This document shows positions 46,701 through 56,403 of a stretch of 64,000 nucleotides of DNA, one piece after another (the first letter of the stretch is position 1; every line of letters starts with the position of its first letter). The DNA is taken from the NCBI GenBank assembly GCA_963662455.3, contig OZ224042.1, positions 1,727,234-1,791,233 on the forward strand. The letters are read 5' to 3'. A program made the position numbers and the translations under genes. The DNA comes from Acidimicrobiales bacterium. GTDB taxonomy: Bacteria; Actinomycetota; Acidimicrobiia; Acidimicrobiales; Aldehydirespiratoraceae. The notes beneath the pieces were generated by a model. It did not search any database. It was given only the letters and a program-made list of their open reading frames with translations, and was not told the DNA's origin.

Positions 46701-49700
46701 GAACCGTCAGACTCGTCAACCGAATCATCAGAAGTGCCGATCGTCAAGGTGGCGCTGCCGCTGGTGGGAATGGTCACTGTCCGCGTCCCTGTGGCGGCCC
46801 CGTAGTCACCGTCGGCGCTGACAGTCACGCTGACCGGCAGATCAGACGCCGGTACGGGGCTGGCGGTGAGGGTGAATCCGGCATTGGCGCCCTCGGTGAC
46901 ATCCCCGTCAGCCGCGATGCTGACCACCGGCGCGTCATCGTCGTCTGACACCGTCACCTTGGCAGCGCCCTGAGTATTCGACACTGTGTAACCGCTGCCG
47001 TTCATCAGCGTCACCGCGGCGAAGCCGTCGACCTCGCTGACCGAGTCGCCGGTCGTGGCGACGCTGAGCGTCACACTGCCAGACGTCGGCACGGACACCG
47101 ACCTGAAACCGGACGCGACCCCGAAATCGCCGTCAGCCGAGACCAGCACACTGACGCTCAGGTCAGATGTCGGCGCGGGGGCCGCGGTGAGCGTGAACGA
47201 AGCGCTGGTGCCTTCGGTGACGCCTGGCCCGGCGGTGATGCTCACCACCGGTATCGGCGGATCGTCATCGTCAGACACATTCACGGTGCCCGTCCCGTGC
47301 GTGTTCGACACGGTGTAGCCGCTGCCGGTATTGACCGTGACGGTGACCGAACCGTCCAACTCGTCTGTGGAGTCGTCGGTAGTGGCGACGGTGAACGACA
47401 CGCTGCCGCCCGACGGGACCGTGACCGTCCGGGGGCCTGTGGGCGCACCGAACGCGCCGTTCTGGGAGACTGTGACCGTCACCGGCAAGTCCGCTGCGGG
47501 CGCAGGGACCGCGGTGAGCGTGAAGCTGGCAGCACCGCCCTCGGTCACGCCTGGCCCGGCGGTGATGCTCACCTGCGGGTCCGGTATGACGACGGGCGCG
47601 ACCGGGTCGTCGTCGTCGGTCACGTCCACGGATCCTGACGCGTTCGCGCCGACCGTGTAACCGCTGCCCGCGTCGACCGTGAGTGTCACTGTCCCGTCGG
47701 GCTCATCGGTCGAGTCGCCCGTCGTGGCGATGCTCACCGTCGCGGTGCCGCCTGTAGGGATCGTCACCGTGACCGGCGTCGGGCCGTAACCGAAATCACC
47801 CGACGTGACCACGCTGACGTCCACGTCCAGATCCGCTGCGGGGGCGGGAGCGGCGGTCAGCGTGAAACTGACCGTAGTACCCTCGGTCCCGCCGGCCGAA
47901 CTCAAAATACTCACCACAGGCACCACCGGCGGCGGATCAGCCGTCGCGGCGGCTTCGATCAGCCTCAACTGCGCGGCGACCTGATCCCAACCCGACCAGA
48001 CATTGGCATACACCTGCGCCCCCGCAGCCGTCAACGGCTCCAGATTGGGGTAGTCCCCGTCGCCGAACGCCTCCAACACACGCTTCCAACGGTTCACGTG
48101 CTTCACACCCCGATACGTCTCGGCGGCCTTGCTGCGCGCCGTCGCCAAAACCTGCGCATCCACCTGCACGCTCCCCCGCGCCGGCGGCGGCTGCGGGTTC
48201 ACCGCGTCCAACGCCACCATATGGGCCAGCACCGGAACCCACCGCGGCCGCCCGATGTCCACATGCACCCTCGCCTCGTCGAGCGTCGTCGGCACCAAAC
48301 CCGCATAATCCTCCAACCCGAACGCCTCCAAAACACGCTTCCAACGCGTCACGTGCAACGCCCCGTGATGAACCTCCGCCGCATAACTGCGCACATCAGC
48401 CTCCAACTGCGCACCCAACACCGGCCCGGTCGGCGCATCGTCGTCATCAGACACATTCACCGTGCCTGTCCCCTGAGTGGCCGACACGGTATAGCCGCTA
48501 CCGCCGTTGACTGTGGCGGTGACCGAACCGTCCAACTCGTCAACCGAGTCGTCAGAAGTGCCGATCGTCAAGGTGGCGCTGCCGCTGGTGGGAATGGTCA
48601 CTGTCCGCGTCCCTGTGGCGGCCCCGTAGTCACCGTCGGCGCTGACAGTCACGCTGACCGGCAGATCAGACGCCGGTACGGGGCTGGCGGTGAGGGTGAA
48701 TCCGGCATTGGCGCCCTCGGTGACATCCCCGTCAGCCGCGATGCTGACCACGGGCGCGTCGTCGTCGTCTGACACCGTCACCTTGGCAGCGCCCTGAGTA
48801 TTCGACACTGTGTAACCGCTGCCGTTCATCAGCGTCGCCGCGGCGAAGCCGTCGACCTCGCTGACCGAGTCGCCGGTCGTGGCGACGCTGAGCGTCACAC
48901 TGCCAGACGTCGGCACGGTCACCGACCTGAAACCGGACGCGACCCCGAAATCGCCGTCAGCCGAGACCAGCACACTGACGCTCAAACCGGCCGGCGGCAG
49001 CGGAGCAGCCGAAACCGTGAAACTCGCAGCAGCCCCCTCGGTGACACCGATGCCGCCGCTGATGCTGACCTCCGGCGTCACGGCCTGTTCCTGGACAACG
49101 ACCGTGACAGAACCACCGGGCGCGACACCCTCGGACACCCCCGTGGCGCCCGGCGCCCGGCTGCCCGTCCCGAAAGAGATCGTGATCGGCGTATGCACAT
49201 GGTCTGAGTCGGCGCGACCCCAGAAGACCAGCTCGGCGACCTGACCGCCGGCGCCGATCGTGACCTCCGACTCCGCGCCGTACGCCGTGCGCGACACCGC
49301 CGTCCCCAAATCGGCCGCGTCGGCAAGATTCCAGCTCTCATCGACCGGCCCGCCCGAGACCGTGACCGGCACACGGACGAACTCACCGGCCCTGAGCCTG
49401 CGGCTCAAACCGATCCGCAGCACCGTCTGTCCGTCGTCCTCAGAAACAGCGCCGTCATCGACCGACAGCGACAGACCCACCGGCAAAGCCCCGTCGTCGT
49501 CCGCGACAGCCACAACAGCCGAGCTAGCGTTGCTGTCCACTGTGTAGGCGGCATCCGCAGCGGGCGCGTCGAACGTCGCGGTGATGCTGCCGTCGCCCTC
49601 GTTGACTGCGTCGCCCTCGGTGCCCACGGTCAACGCCGCCGTGGCCGCGCCGGCGGGGACCGTCACCGTCCGCGCGCCGACGTCGCCGCTGACCGCGAAC

Positions 49701-52012
49701 GCGCCGCTGTCCACCACAGTCACCCCAACCGGCAGATCAGCCGTCGGAGTGGGGCTGACGCTGAGCGTGAAACCCGCGGCAGCGCCCTCAGTGACATCGC
49801 CGTCAGCCGAGATGCCGACGACGTACTTGCTGTCTGCGACAACCACAGACGCCGACGCCGTTGACGCCGGGGTGTAACCGGTGCCGGCCACGACCGTGAC
49901 AGTGACCGAACCATCAGGCTCGACCACCGTGTCGCCGACAGTCGCGACCGACAGCGTGGCGCTGCCGCTGACCGGAACCGTCACTGTCCGCGTGCCCACA
50001 ACAGCACCAAAATCACCGACCTGGGCCACACTGACGGCAACAGGCAAACCAGCAGACGGCTTCGGATCAGCTGTGAGCGTGAACTCAGCCGCCGACCCCT
50101 CAACCACACCGGCGCCACCGCTGATGCTGATCGTCGGTGTCAGGCCGTCGGAGGGCAGCAGGGCCAGTCCGTGGCCCCAGGTGTTGTCAGCGCCTGCGGC
50201 GCCGAGGTCTGCTGCGTTGGTCTTGAGATAGTCGGCCACCTGCTGGGGGGTGTAGGCGGGGTAGCGCTCGCGCACCAGCGCGGCGAGGCCCGCGACGAAC
50301 GGCGCCGACTGGCTCGTCCCGCAGAAGCTCCTGATCTCGCTCTCGCCCCTGGCAGGCTCGCAATCGAGGGCGACGATGTCGGGCTTGGTGCGTCCGTCGG
50401 GGGTGGGCCCGCGGCTGCTGTACGACTTGATGGCGAAGATGCCGTACCGTGTCTTGCCCGCGGCGCCGACCGCCAGCAGCCCCGGACTCGAGCTGTCGGC
50501 AGGGCTCGCGATGCTGCCGCCCGCGGTGTAGTGGTCGATCTGGCTCGAGGATCCGAAGACTATGAACTGCACCCACGAGGGCGCTGCGCTCGCGGCCTTC
50601 TTCTTCACGTGGACCCAGTAATACCCAGTCTTCGCCGCAGTCAGGGGCAAGCCCTCCCATGGGTAGTCCTTCGAGCCGCCGTTCTGAACGTCGGCGGCTG
50701 TGGCGACGACGGACTGAGCCCCGTCGACGGTGGCCGAGTATCTGACCTCGATATCGAGGTCCTTGGTCGAACCGCCCCAAGCATCGTCCCAACGCATGTT
50801 GATATAGATGTAGCGCGATGCGGGCAACCAGAACCTCTGGGCCTCGTCGGCGCTGCTCCCCGTGCCGTCCCACTCGTGGTAGCCGTCGTTGTCGGAGTCG
50901 GCGAACGCGCCCTTCCACGCCCTCTTTGCATAGTTGCCGGCTGAGTTGACCCAAATGATCCCGTTGTCGGCAGCCCACTTCGCCGTGTTCAGCGGACTCG
51001 GCGTGATCGGCGACGTGCCATTGGCAGCACCGTGAAACGACCAGCTCACCGAGTAAACGATGACTGTGACCCCTTGGCTGTGCATCCACTCCACAGCGCT
51101 CTGGAGATCGGCCCACGTCTTCGGATTGGAGACGTACAGTTCGGCGTCGGGGGCAATGTCCATGAGCGACCCGGCAACCACTGTGCCGTGGTCGTTGCCG
51201 CCTGCGGCGTCGCAGTTCGCCAAGTCGCTGGTGGGCCTGCCGACATCGGTGTAGCAGCGGCCGACCACCGTCGACGGCAGTTCCGTGCCGCGCAGGGCGC
51301 GCAGACCGGTGAAACCGTCCTTGGAGGTGACAGCGGTGGGTATATCGACGACGCCGACCTTCACCCCGTCGCCGGTGAAGCCGCTCCTGTGCCAAGCCGC
51401 GGCACCGTGATCACGGACGGCACCGGAGGCGACTGTGGACTGGTTCTTGAACGGCTGGGGCATCTCGCGCACGCGGGACACGCCGGTCTGCTGCGCCAGC
51501 GAGCCGAGCAGCCCGGGCGGCACGTACACCTCGAGGTAATCGCCCACCACGTTCGACGGCGACACGCCGTTGTCCGCCAAGAAGTCCACAACGTCGGCGC
51601 GGTTGCCGTCCAACTGGACCGTTAGCAGCACGGGCTCGCCGCCCAATGTGGAGTTCGCACCGCCGAGCGCAGACCCGCCGAGCGCAGACTCGCCGCCCGC
51701 AGCGCTCGCCACCGCCAACGCGCTGAGTTGCGAACCCAGATTCGGATACACCACCCCCGCCGCGAGCGACCCGTCACCAAGATCAGGGTCCAGGCCCAAC
51801 GCGCCGCCAGGCCCCAGCGAATCCGGCGGCAAACCCTCGGTGACGTCGGGACTCTGCCGGTCCGACGGAGCCGACGGATCACCGCCGGAGCCCTGCGCGG
51901 CCGCGGGCGACACCGCAACCGCCAGCACAGCCAACGACAAGCCGACCGCGACCGCGGACCGGGCCACGGCGCGCCGCCCGCACCTCATCGCGTCAAGAGA
52001 TTTCTGGAACAT
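43775..52012 (-). CDS. Giant secreted subtilisin-like (S8) protease fused to about 15 Calx-beta-like modules and two helical inserts
   Basis: Signal RRAVARSAVAVGLSLAVLAVAVSPAAA. Catalytic VGVVD, NDHGTVVAG and GTSQSAPFVAG (about 50170-51400). Repeated roughly 106-110-aa modules (SITAGPGVTEG..FTLTA.PAP.ADLPVTVTV...DDSVDELDGSVT..V...GYTVS....TV.VSDDDD). A canonical Calx-beta domain at the C-terminus. The start is uncertain (51988, 52012, 52039 or the ORF maximum 52090). Confidence 0.85.
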   Translation of the reverse strand: MFQKSLDAMRCGRRAVARSAVAVGLSLAVLAVAVSPAAAQGSGGDPSAPSDRQSPDVTEGLPPDSLGPGGALGLDPDLGDGSLAAGVVYPNLGSQLSALAVASAAGGESALGGSALGGANSTLGGEPVLLTVQLDGNRADVVDFLADNGVSPSNVVGDYLEVYVPPGLLGSLAQQTGVSRVREMPQPFKNQSTVASGAVRDHGAAAWHRSGFTGDGVKVGVVDIPTAVTSKDGFTGLRALRGTELPSTVVGRCYTDVGRPTSDLANCDAAGGNDHGTVVAGSLMDIAPDAELYVSNPKTWADLQSAVEWMHSQGVTVIVYSVSWSFHGAANGTSPITPSPLNTAKWAADNGIIWVNSAGNYAKRAWKGAFADSDNDGYHEWDGTGSSADEAQRFWLPASRYIYINMRWDDAWGGSTKDLDIEVRYSATVDGAQSVVATAADVQNGGSKDYPWEGLPLTAAKTGYYWVHVKKKAASAAPSWVQFIVFGSSSQIDHYTAGGSIASPADSSSPGLLAVGAAGKTRYGIFAIKSYSSRGPTPDGRTKPDIVALDCEPARGESEIRSFCGTSQSAPFVAGLAALVRERYPAYTPQQVADYLKTNAADLGAAGADNTWGHGLALLPSDGLTPTISISGGAGVVEGSAAEFTLTADPKPSAGLPVAVSVAQVGDFGAVVGTRTVTVPVSGSATLSVATVGDTVVEPDGSVTVTVVAGTGYTPASTASASVVVADSKYVVGISADGDVTEGAAAGFTLSVSPTPTADLPVGVTVVDSGAFAVSGDVGARTVTVPAGAATAALTVGTEGDAVNEGDGSITATFDAPAADAAYTVDSNASSAVVAVADDDGALPVGLSLSVDDGAVSEDDGQTVLRIGLSRRLRAGEFVRVPVTVSGGPVDESWNLADAADLGTAVSRTAYGAESEVTIGAGGQVAELVFWGRADSDHVHTPITISFGTGSRAPGATGVSEGVAPGGSVTVVVQEQAVTPEVSISGGIGVTEGAAASFTVSAAPLPPAGLSVSVLVSADGDFGVASGFRSVTVPTSGSVTLSVATTGDSVSEVDGFAAATLMNGSGYTVSNTQGAAKVTVSDDDDAPVVSIAADGDVTEGANAGFTLTASPVPASDLPVSVTVSADGDYGAATGTRTVTIPTSGSATLTIGTSDDSVDELDGSVTATVNGGSGYTVSATQGTGTVNVSDDDDAPTGPVLGAQLEADVRSYAAEVHHGALHVTRWKRVLEAFGLEDYAGLVPTTLDEARVHVDIGRPRWVPVLAHMVALDAVNPQPPPARGSVQVDAQVLATARSKAAETYRGVKHVNRWKRVLEAFGDGDYPNLEPLTAAGAQVYANVWSGWDQVAAQLRLIEAAATADPPPVVPVVSILSSAGGTEGTTVSFTLTAAPAPAADLDVDVSVVTSGDFGYGPTPVTVTIPTGGTATVSIATTGDSTDEPDGTVTLTVDAGSGYTVGANASGSVDVTDDDDPVAPVVIPDPQVSITAGPGVTEGGAASFTLTAVPAPAADLPVTVTVSQNGAFGAPTGPRTVTVPSGGSVSFTVATTDDSTDELDGSVTVTVNTGSGYTVSNTHGTGTVNVSDDDDPPIPVVSITAGPGVTEGTSASFTLTAAPAPTSDLSVSVLVSADGDFGVASGFRSVSVPTSGSVTLSVATTGDSVSEVDGFAAVTLMNGSGYTVSNTQGAAKVTVSDDDDAPVVSIAADGDVTEGANAGFTLTASPVPASDLPVSVTVSADGDYGAATGTRTVTIPTSGSATLTIGTSDDSVDESDGSVTATVNTGSGYTVSNTHGTGTVAVADNDAPTGPVLGAQLEADVRSYAAEVHHGVLHVTRWKRVLEAFGLEDYAGLVPTTLDEARVHVDIGRPRWVPVLAHMVALDAVNPQPPPARGSVQVDAQVLATARSKAAETYRGVKHVNRWKRVLEAFGDGDYPNLEPLTAAGAQVYANVWSGWDQVAAQLRLIEAAATADPPPVVPVVSILSSAGGTEGTTVSFTLTAAPAPAADLDVDVSVVTSGDFGYGPTPVTVTIPTGGTATVSIATTGDSTDEPDGTVTLTVDAGSGYTVGANASGSVDVTDDDDPVAPVVIPDPQVSITAGPGVTEGGAASFTLTAVPAPAADLPVTVTVSQNGAFGAPTGPRTVTVPSGGSVSFTVATTDDSADETDGSVTVTVNTGSGYTVSNTQGAGTVAVADNDVPQVSITAGPGVTEGGAASFTLTAVPAPAADLPVTVTVSQSGAFGAVTGSRTVTVPSGGSVSFTVATTDDSVDELDGSVTATVNTGSGYTVSNTQGTGTVAVSDDDDPPIPVVSITAGPGVTEGTNASFTLTAVPAPAADLPVTVTVGADGDYGAVTGSRTVTVPSGGSVSFTVATTDDSVDELDGSVTVTVNTGSGYTVSNTQGAGTVNVSDDDDPPIPVVSITAGLGVTEGGAASFTLTAAPAPAADLPVTVTVSQSGAFGAVTGSRTVTVPSGGSVSFTVATTDDSVDELDGSVTATVNTGSGYTVSNTQGAGTVAVSDDDDPPIPVVSITAGPGVTEGTSASFTLTAAPAPTADLPVTVTVSQSGAFGAVTGSRTVTVPTTGSVTLTIGTSDDSVDELDGSVTVTVNTGGGGYTVSNTQGTGTVNVADNDDPPPVSSVTVSVEDAAGSEGSWAVDFTVRLSEASSEEVRVRFTTWNWRGLTGRAHMWLDYQTRDYTVVFTPGQTEQTVTVWLIDDYRSEPDEYFTVELTNPRGATIEDGKGTATGTITDDD
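45510..48984. repeat. Internal tandem duplication of the giant gene, period 1821-1824 bp
   Basis: 45510-47160 and 47331-48984 are near-identical. For example, shadow ORFs 46116..46523 and 47937..48344 differ by 1 aa. One divergent patch of about 100 bp lies near 46615/48436. Confidence 0.85.
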
Positions 52013-52532
52013 CGAAGCGTCAAGAAGCCCCCGAAACATCCGCAATCGAATCACCGCTCCATTACATGATCCAACAGGTACACGCCGCAATTATATATTG
52101 GGCTGCCCCGGTCCATCAACCCCAGAAACAATCTCACACACCACACGACAAGGGAACGTCCAAATGTCCCGCTGTGGCCTCCTCCCGCCTCGCGTTGTGG
52201 AACGGTCAGGACTTGGCCGCAGACTTGGAGGTAAAGGCTTGCGGCGACTACCCCGACGCCCAATGATCGCTCATGACTCGACATGCTCGACCTCGGCCGT
52301 CTGCGTGCTCCTGAGCCCGTTGGCCGCCTTCGGACACCACCGAACCCTCGACTGTGACTCGTCTGCATGCTCCGGGTCGGCTCCGGAGGCTGCTGGTACT
52401 CGGTCTTGCGCTTGCTGTGCGATGTCGTGATATGGCTTGGGAGCGTCAGTGAGGCAACAAGACGAACACGCACGCGCAGCGATAGCCTCGTTGGAGCCTT
52501 GCGAATCCTCTCCCTAGTGAACTGGAGCCTTC

Positions 52533-53276
52533 ATGAGCGATTCACCCGTTTCTTCTCAAACCGCGGCTCTCGCCGTTGAAGCCACGAAGATCTACGGGGA
52601 GGGAGACACCGAGGTTCGAGCCCTCGACGGAATCGACGCGCACTTTGAGCGGGGCAAGTTCACAGCCATTATGGGGCCTTCGGGTTCGGGCAAGTCCACG
52701 CTCATGCACTGCCTGGCAGGTCTGGACACTTTGAGCGACGGGCAGATATTCATTGGTGCTACCGATCTGTCGACGTTGAGCGAACGGGATCTGACCCTGC
52801 TGCGCCGTGACGAAGTTGGATTCGTTTTTCAGGCGTTCAACCTGGTGCCGACTCTCTCGGCGCTGGAGAACATCACTTTGCCGATGGACCTCGCCGGAAC
52901 CGACCCCGACCAAGCCTGGTTGGACGAGATCGTCGACACCGTGGGGATGTCCAACCGTTTGACCCACCTGCCGAGCGAACTGTCCGGTGGACAGCAGCAG
53001 CGGGTGGCGGTGAGCCGGGCTTTGGCTAGTCGGCCTGAGATCATTTTCGCCGATGAGCCCACCGGCAACCTTGATTCCACATCCGGCACAGAAATTCTGC
53101 AGTTCATGCGAAGTGCGGTTGATGACTTCGGGCAGACCATTGTGATGGTCACCCATGACCCACTCGCTGCGGCTTACGCGGATCGGGTGATTTTCTTGGC
53201 CGACGGCAAGGTCGTCGACGAACTGCTCGACCCGACCGCCGAGCAGGTTCTCGACCAGATGAAACAGCTTCACTGA
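52533..53276 (+). CDS. ABC transporter ATP-binding protein (MacB/LolD-type)
   Basis: GPSGSGKST, LSGGQQQRVAVSRAL, IIFADEPTGNLD. Confidence 0.9.
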   Translation: MSDSPVSSQTAALAVEATKIYGEGDTEVRALDGIDAHFERGKFTAIMGPSGSGKSTLMHCLAGLDTLSDGQIFIGATDLSTLSERDLTLLRRDEVGFVFQAFNLVPTLSALENITLPMDLAGTDPDQAWLDEIVDTVGMSNRLTHLPSELSGGQQQRVAVSRALASRPEIIFADEPTGNLDSTSGTEILQFMRSAVDDFGQTIVMVTHDPLAAAYADRVIFLADGKVVDELLDPTAEQVLDQMKQLH

Positions 53277-56200
53277 TGATCTTCACGCTTATCCGACGCA
53301 ATATCTCAGGTAAGCCTTTCCGCTTCCTGCTCACCTGTTCCGCGGTCACGCTCGGGGTGATGTTCACGGTCGGGGTTTTTGTCTTCACGGACGGGTTGCG
53401 CGCCACTTTTGGAAATATCGCCGAGGACATCGGCGGGGAGACCGAGTACGCAGTTCGATCCGAGGTGGATTTCGGCGATCGTGAACTCGTCGGCGCGCCG
53501 CTCGGTGACGACATCGTGGAGTTGCTCAACAGCATCGATGGTGTCGTTGGTGTGCAACCTCAGATTCTCAAGCTTGCGTCGATCCCAATCGACGGCAACG
53601 GCGAAGCCGCCAACACCGGGGGTGCTCCCAATATCGGGGTGAATTGGCCTGATCACGGTTCTGGTTCCCAGTTGTATCTGCAAGCAGGCCGCCGACCCCA
53701 GGGTCCTGGAGAGTTCGCTCTCGACACCGACTCCCTTGATGCGGGCCACTTTGTCATCGGTGAAACTTACACTGTCGTGAACCCAGCAGGACCGGGGGAC
53801 TTCAAGCTTGTAGGTACCTTCAATTTTGCTTCACCGGACGAGAACGCTCTTGTGGGAGCAAGCCTCGTGGCTTACGAAACAGCCACTGCGCTCAAGGTCA
53901 TCAACCTCGGAACCGGCTACGACCAGATCACCTTCGAGACTCGCGGTGCAGATGCGGTCGCCAATTCGGTGGCCGCTGCTCTGCCAGCCGGGGTCGAACT
54001 CGTCACCGGTGAACAACTCGTCGAGGAGCAGACCGAGGAGTTCGAAGACTTCATCGGCACTTTCCAAACTGTCATGTTGGTGTTCGCCTTCATCATTTTG
54101 GCGGTTTCGGCCTTTGTGATCTTCAACGTCTTCACAATCCTTATCGGTCAGCGCATACGAGAACTCGGTTTGTTGCGGGCGATCGGCGCTAGTGGACCCC
54201 AGGTCACCCAGGCTTTACTCGGGGAGGCACTGTTGGTCGGTATCTTCTCAACCGTGGTCGGCACCGCTCTCGGGATCGGCTTCGGTTGGGGTTTGCGCTG
54301 GGTTTTGGGGCTGCTCGACTTCGGTCCCAGCGGAAACGAACTCCTGCTTGAACCATCAACATTCGTGTGGGGTGTTGTAGTGGGGATCGGTGTGACTATG
54401 GCCAGTGCCATCGCCCCGTCGTTGCGGGCCCGCCGAATCAGCCCGATGGCTGCACTGCGTGAAGACGCCAGACTGTCTCGTCACGTTCCCGAAGCAAACT
54501 TGGCGGCAGGCGGGTTGGCAACGATCGTCTCGTGGATGGTGGTGCTGATCGCCATCGTCAGCGACGAGTGGACGTGGATCCTCGTTCTGGGCGCGATCGG
54601 GGCTGTCGGCAACGCCTTCGGTGTTCGACGACTGGTGCCGGCCCTCGGGCGTTACGCAACTCTCGGGTTTGGTCTAGTGCTCATGCTGCTGGCGCTCGTA
54701 CTTGATCTGGGGACCACCGCCGTATTGGCTCTGGTGGGTGTCGCGGCGCTCACAATTTTCTTGGGCGTCAATAGTGTCACCCCGATCCTGGCTCGGCCTA
54801 TGAGCCATTTCATTGGACGCTGGCCGTTGGCGATCCTGTTGGGGATAGCCGGTGTTGTGACTGTTCTGGGGGGAATTGGTGCAACACTCGTTGCTCTGTT
54901 TCTGGTGCTCTTATCGGTGATTGATCTGGTGTCTGATTTCGATGGTGCCGGCATCGGCGCGTTGCTCGGTTCGCTGGCGTTGGTTCCGTTGGCATTATTG
55001 GTCGTCATGGTTGGTGTGCGCGGGGTCGACGCGGCGTTCATTATGGGTTGGAAGTTCCGTTCGGTCGCTGCGGGGGTCTTGCTGTTCTGTATGGGTGCGG
55101 TCGGCACGATCATGTTGCTGACCGGTTTGGTTGCGATTATGACCGCTGATTGGTCTTCGGTGATTTCTGTGCCTGTCGGTGCTGCGGTTCTGGTGGCAGT
55201 TGCCTGGTTGCGGCGTTGGCTGCCTAGGACGCTCAAGTCAAACGCTCGCATGGCCCGCGAGAACGCTGGCCGCAACCCGAGACGTAGCGCTTCAGCCGCC
55301 GCGGCTTTGATGATCGGCCTGGCTCTAGTCAGCACGGCCGCTGTTGTCGCGGCTTCATTCAAAGCTACTTTCGCTGATGTTCTAGAGGAGTCAGTTACTT
55401 CTGACTGGTTTGTGTCGCCTGCCGGCGGTGGGGGCCCGGATTCGTCGATCAGCCCTGCATTGGCCGACAATCTTGAACAACTTGAAGAGGTTGGGACTGT
55501 GGTCCGATACCGATTTGCGTTTGAGGCGTACCGGACAGTGTTCGACGACAGCATCCGAGATTCTTCGGCTACTGATCTGGCGACCTCGATCGATCATGTC
55601 GACCCCGATTTTGTTTCCCTTGATGAATCGCTGCTCAACAGCAACAGCATTTGGATCCATCAGGACATGGCCAACGACAACGGCTTCAACATCGGCTCCA
55701 CATTCGATATTGAGTTTCCTGACCTGAGCACCGAGACCGTTACCGTAGCCGGGATATTTACCGATTCGAGCATTTACGGCAACCGGGTGATCTCTTTGGA
55801 GTTGTGGGAGGACAAGTTCCCCACCAGCCAGGACCAGTTCATTTCGATCACTGTTCCAGACGGTGTTGATGAAGAACGAGCCCGAGCGGCGTTGCAGACT
55901 TACACTGACGACTATCCAACGCTGAACGTCGACACCCGCGATGAGTTTCAGGATCGCCAATCAAACCAGATCGATCAGGCTCTATTGGTGATCAATGTGT
56001 TGTTGGGCGTTGCGATAGTGATCGCCCTGCTTGGAATTGCGATCACTTTGGCGTTGTCTGTGTTTGAACGGACCCGTGAGCTCGGGCTGGTACGCGCGGT
56101 TGGTATGACCACCCGGCAGATGCTGCGCATGGTGCTCTTCGAGGGCGCGATCATCGCGGCTTTCGGTGGGGTTCTGGGCATCTTGTTGGGGACGGCCTTC

Positions 56201-56374
56201 GGCAGCGCCGCGGTGTCGGTCATGCCCGACGATTTCATACGCGCGCTCGACATACCGGTCGTCAATCTGTTGTTGTATCTGGTCGTCGCCGCCGTTGCGG
56301 GCATCGCCGCGGCGATCGTTCCGGCCCGCCGCGCGGCCCGTCTCAACGTCTTGGACGCCATCGCCCAAGGCTGA
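53276..56374 (+). CDS. FtsX-family ABC permease with two FtsX modules
   Basis: 1032 aa. Two copies of the RELGLLRAIGA / RELGLVRAVGM FtsX motif, and large extracytoplasmic segments. The ATG overlaps the ATPase stop. Confidence 0.85.
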   Translation: MIFTLIRRNISGKPFRFLLTCSAVTLGVMFTVGVFVFTDGLRATFGNIAEDIGGETEYAVRSEVDFGDRELVGAPLGDDIVELLNSIDGVVGVQPQILKLASIPIDGNGEAANTGGAPNIGVNWPDHGSGSQLYLQAGRRPQGPGEFALDTDSLDAGHFVIGETYTVVNPAGPGDFKLVGTFNFASPDENALVGASLVAYETATALKVINLGTGYDQITFETRGADAVANSVAAALPAGVELVTGEQLVEEQTEEFEDFIGTFQTVMLVFAFIILAVSAFVIFNVFTILIGQRIRELGLLRAIGASGPQVTQALLGEALLVGIFSTVVGTALGIGFGWGLRWVLGLLDFGPSGNELLLEPSTFVWGVVVGIGVTMASAIAPSLRARRISPMAALREDARLSRHVPEANLAAGGLATIVSWMVVLIAIVSDEWTWILVLGAIGAVGNAFGVRRLVPALGRYATLGFGLVLMLLALVLDLGTTAVLALVGVAALTIFLGVNSVTPILARPMSHFIGRWPLAILLGIAGVVTVLGGIGATLVALFLVLLSVIDLVSDFDGAGIGALLGSLALVPLALLVVMVGVRGVDAAFIMGWKFRSVAAGVLLFCMGAVGTIMLLTGLVAIMTADWSSVISVPVGAAVLVAVAWLRRWLPRTLKSNARMARENAGRNPRRSASAAAALMIGLALVSTAAVVAASFKATFADVLEESVTSDWFVSPAGGGGPDSSISPALADNLEQLEEVGTVVRYRFAFEAYRTVFDDSIRDSSATDLATSIDHVDPDFVSLDESLLNSNSIWIHQDMANDNGFNIGSTFDIEFPDLSTETVTVAGIFTDSSIYGNRVISLELWEDKFPTSQDQFISITVPDGVDEERARAALQTYTDDYPTLNVDTRDEFQDRQSNQIDQALLVINVLLGVAIVIALLGIAITLALSVFERTRELGLVRAVGMTTRQMLRMVLFEGAIIAAFGGVLGILLGTAFGSAAVSVMPDDFIRALDIPVVNLLLYLVVAAVAGIAAAIVPARRAARLNVLDAIAQG

Positions 56375-56403
56375 CCGGTTCCACTGCGGAGTTTGCATGC
56401 TCC

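Noticed and set aside
43775-49900. Regular ~320-330-bp periodicity that might suggest a CRISPR or satellite array
   Set aside because: The repeats are protein modules in one continuous reading frame. They have no short spacer/repeat structure, and no cas genes are present.
50171-51395. Long ORFs (257 aa on the + strand, 402 aa on the - strand in another frame) inside the giant gene
   Set aside because: These are alternative-frame shadow ORFs with Arg-rich, low-complexity translations. The S8 protease frame has the catalytic motifs.
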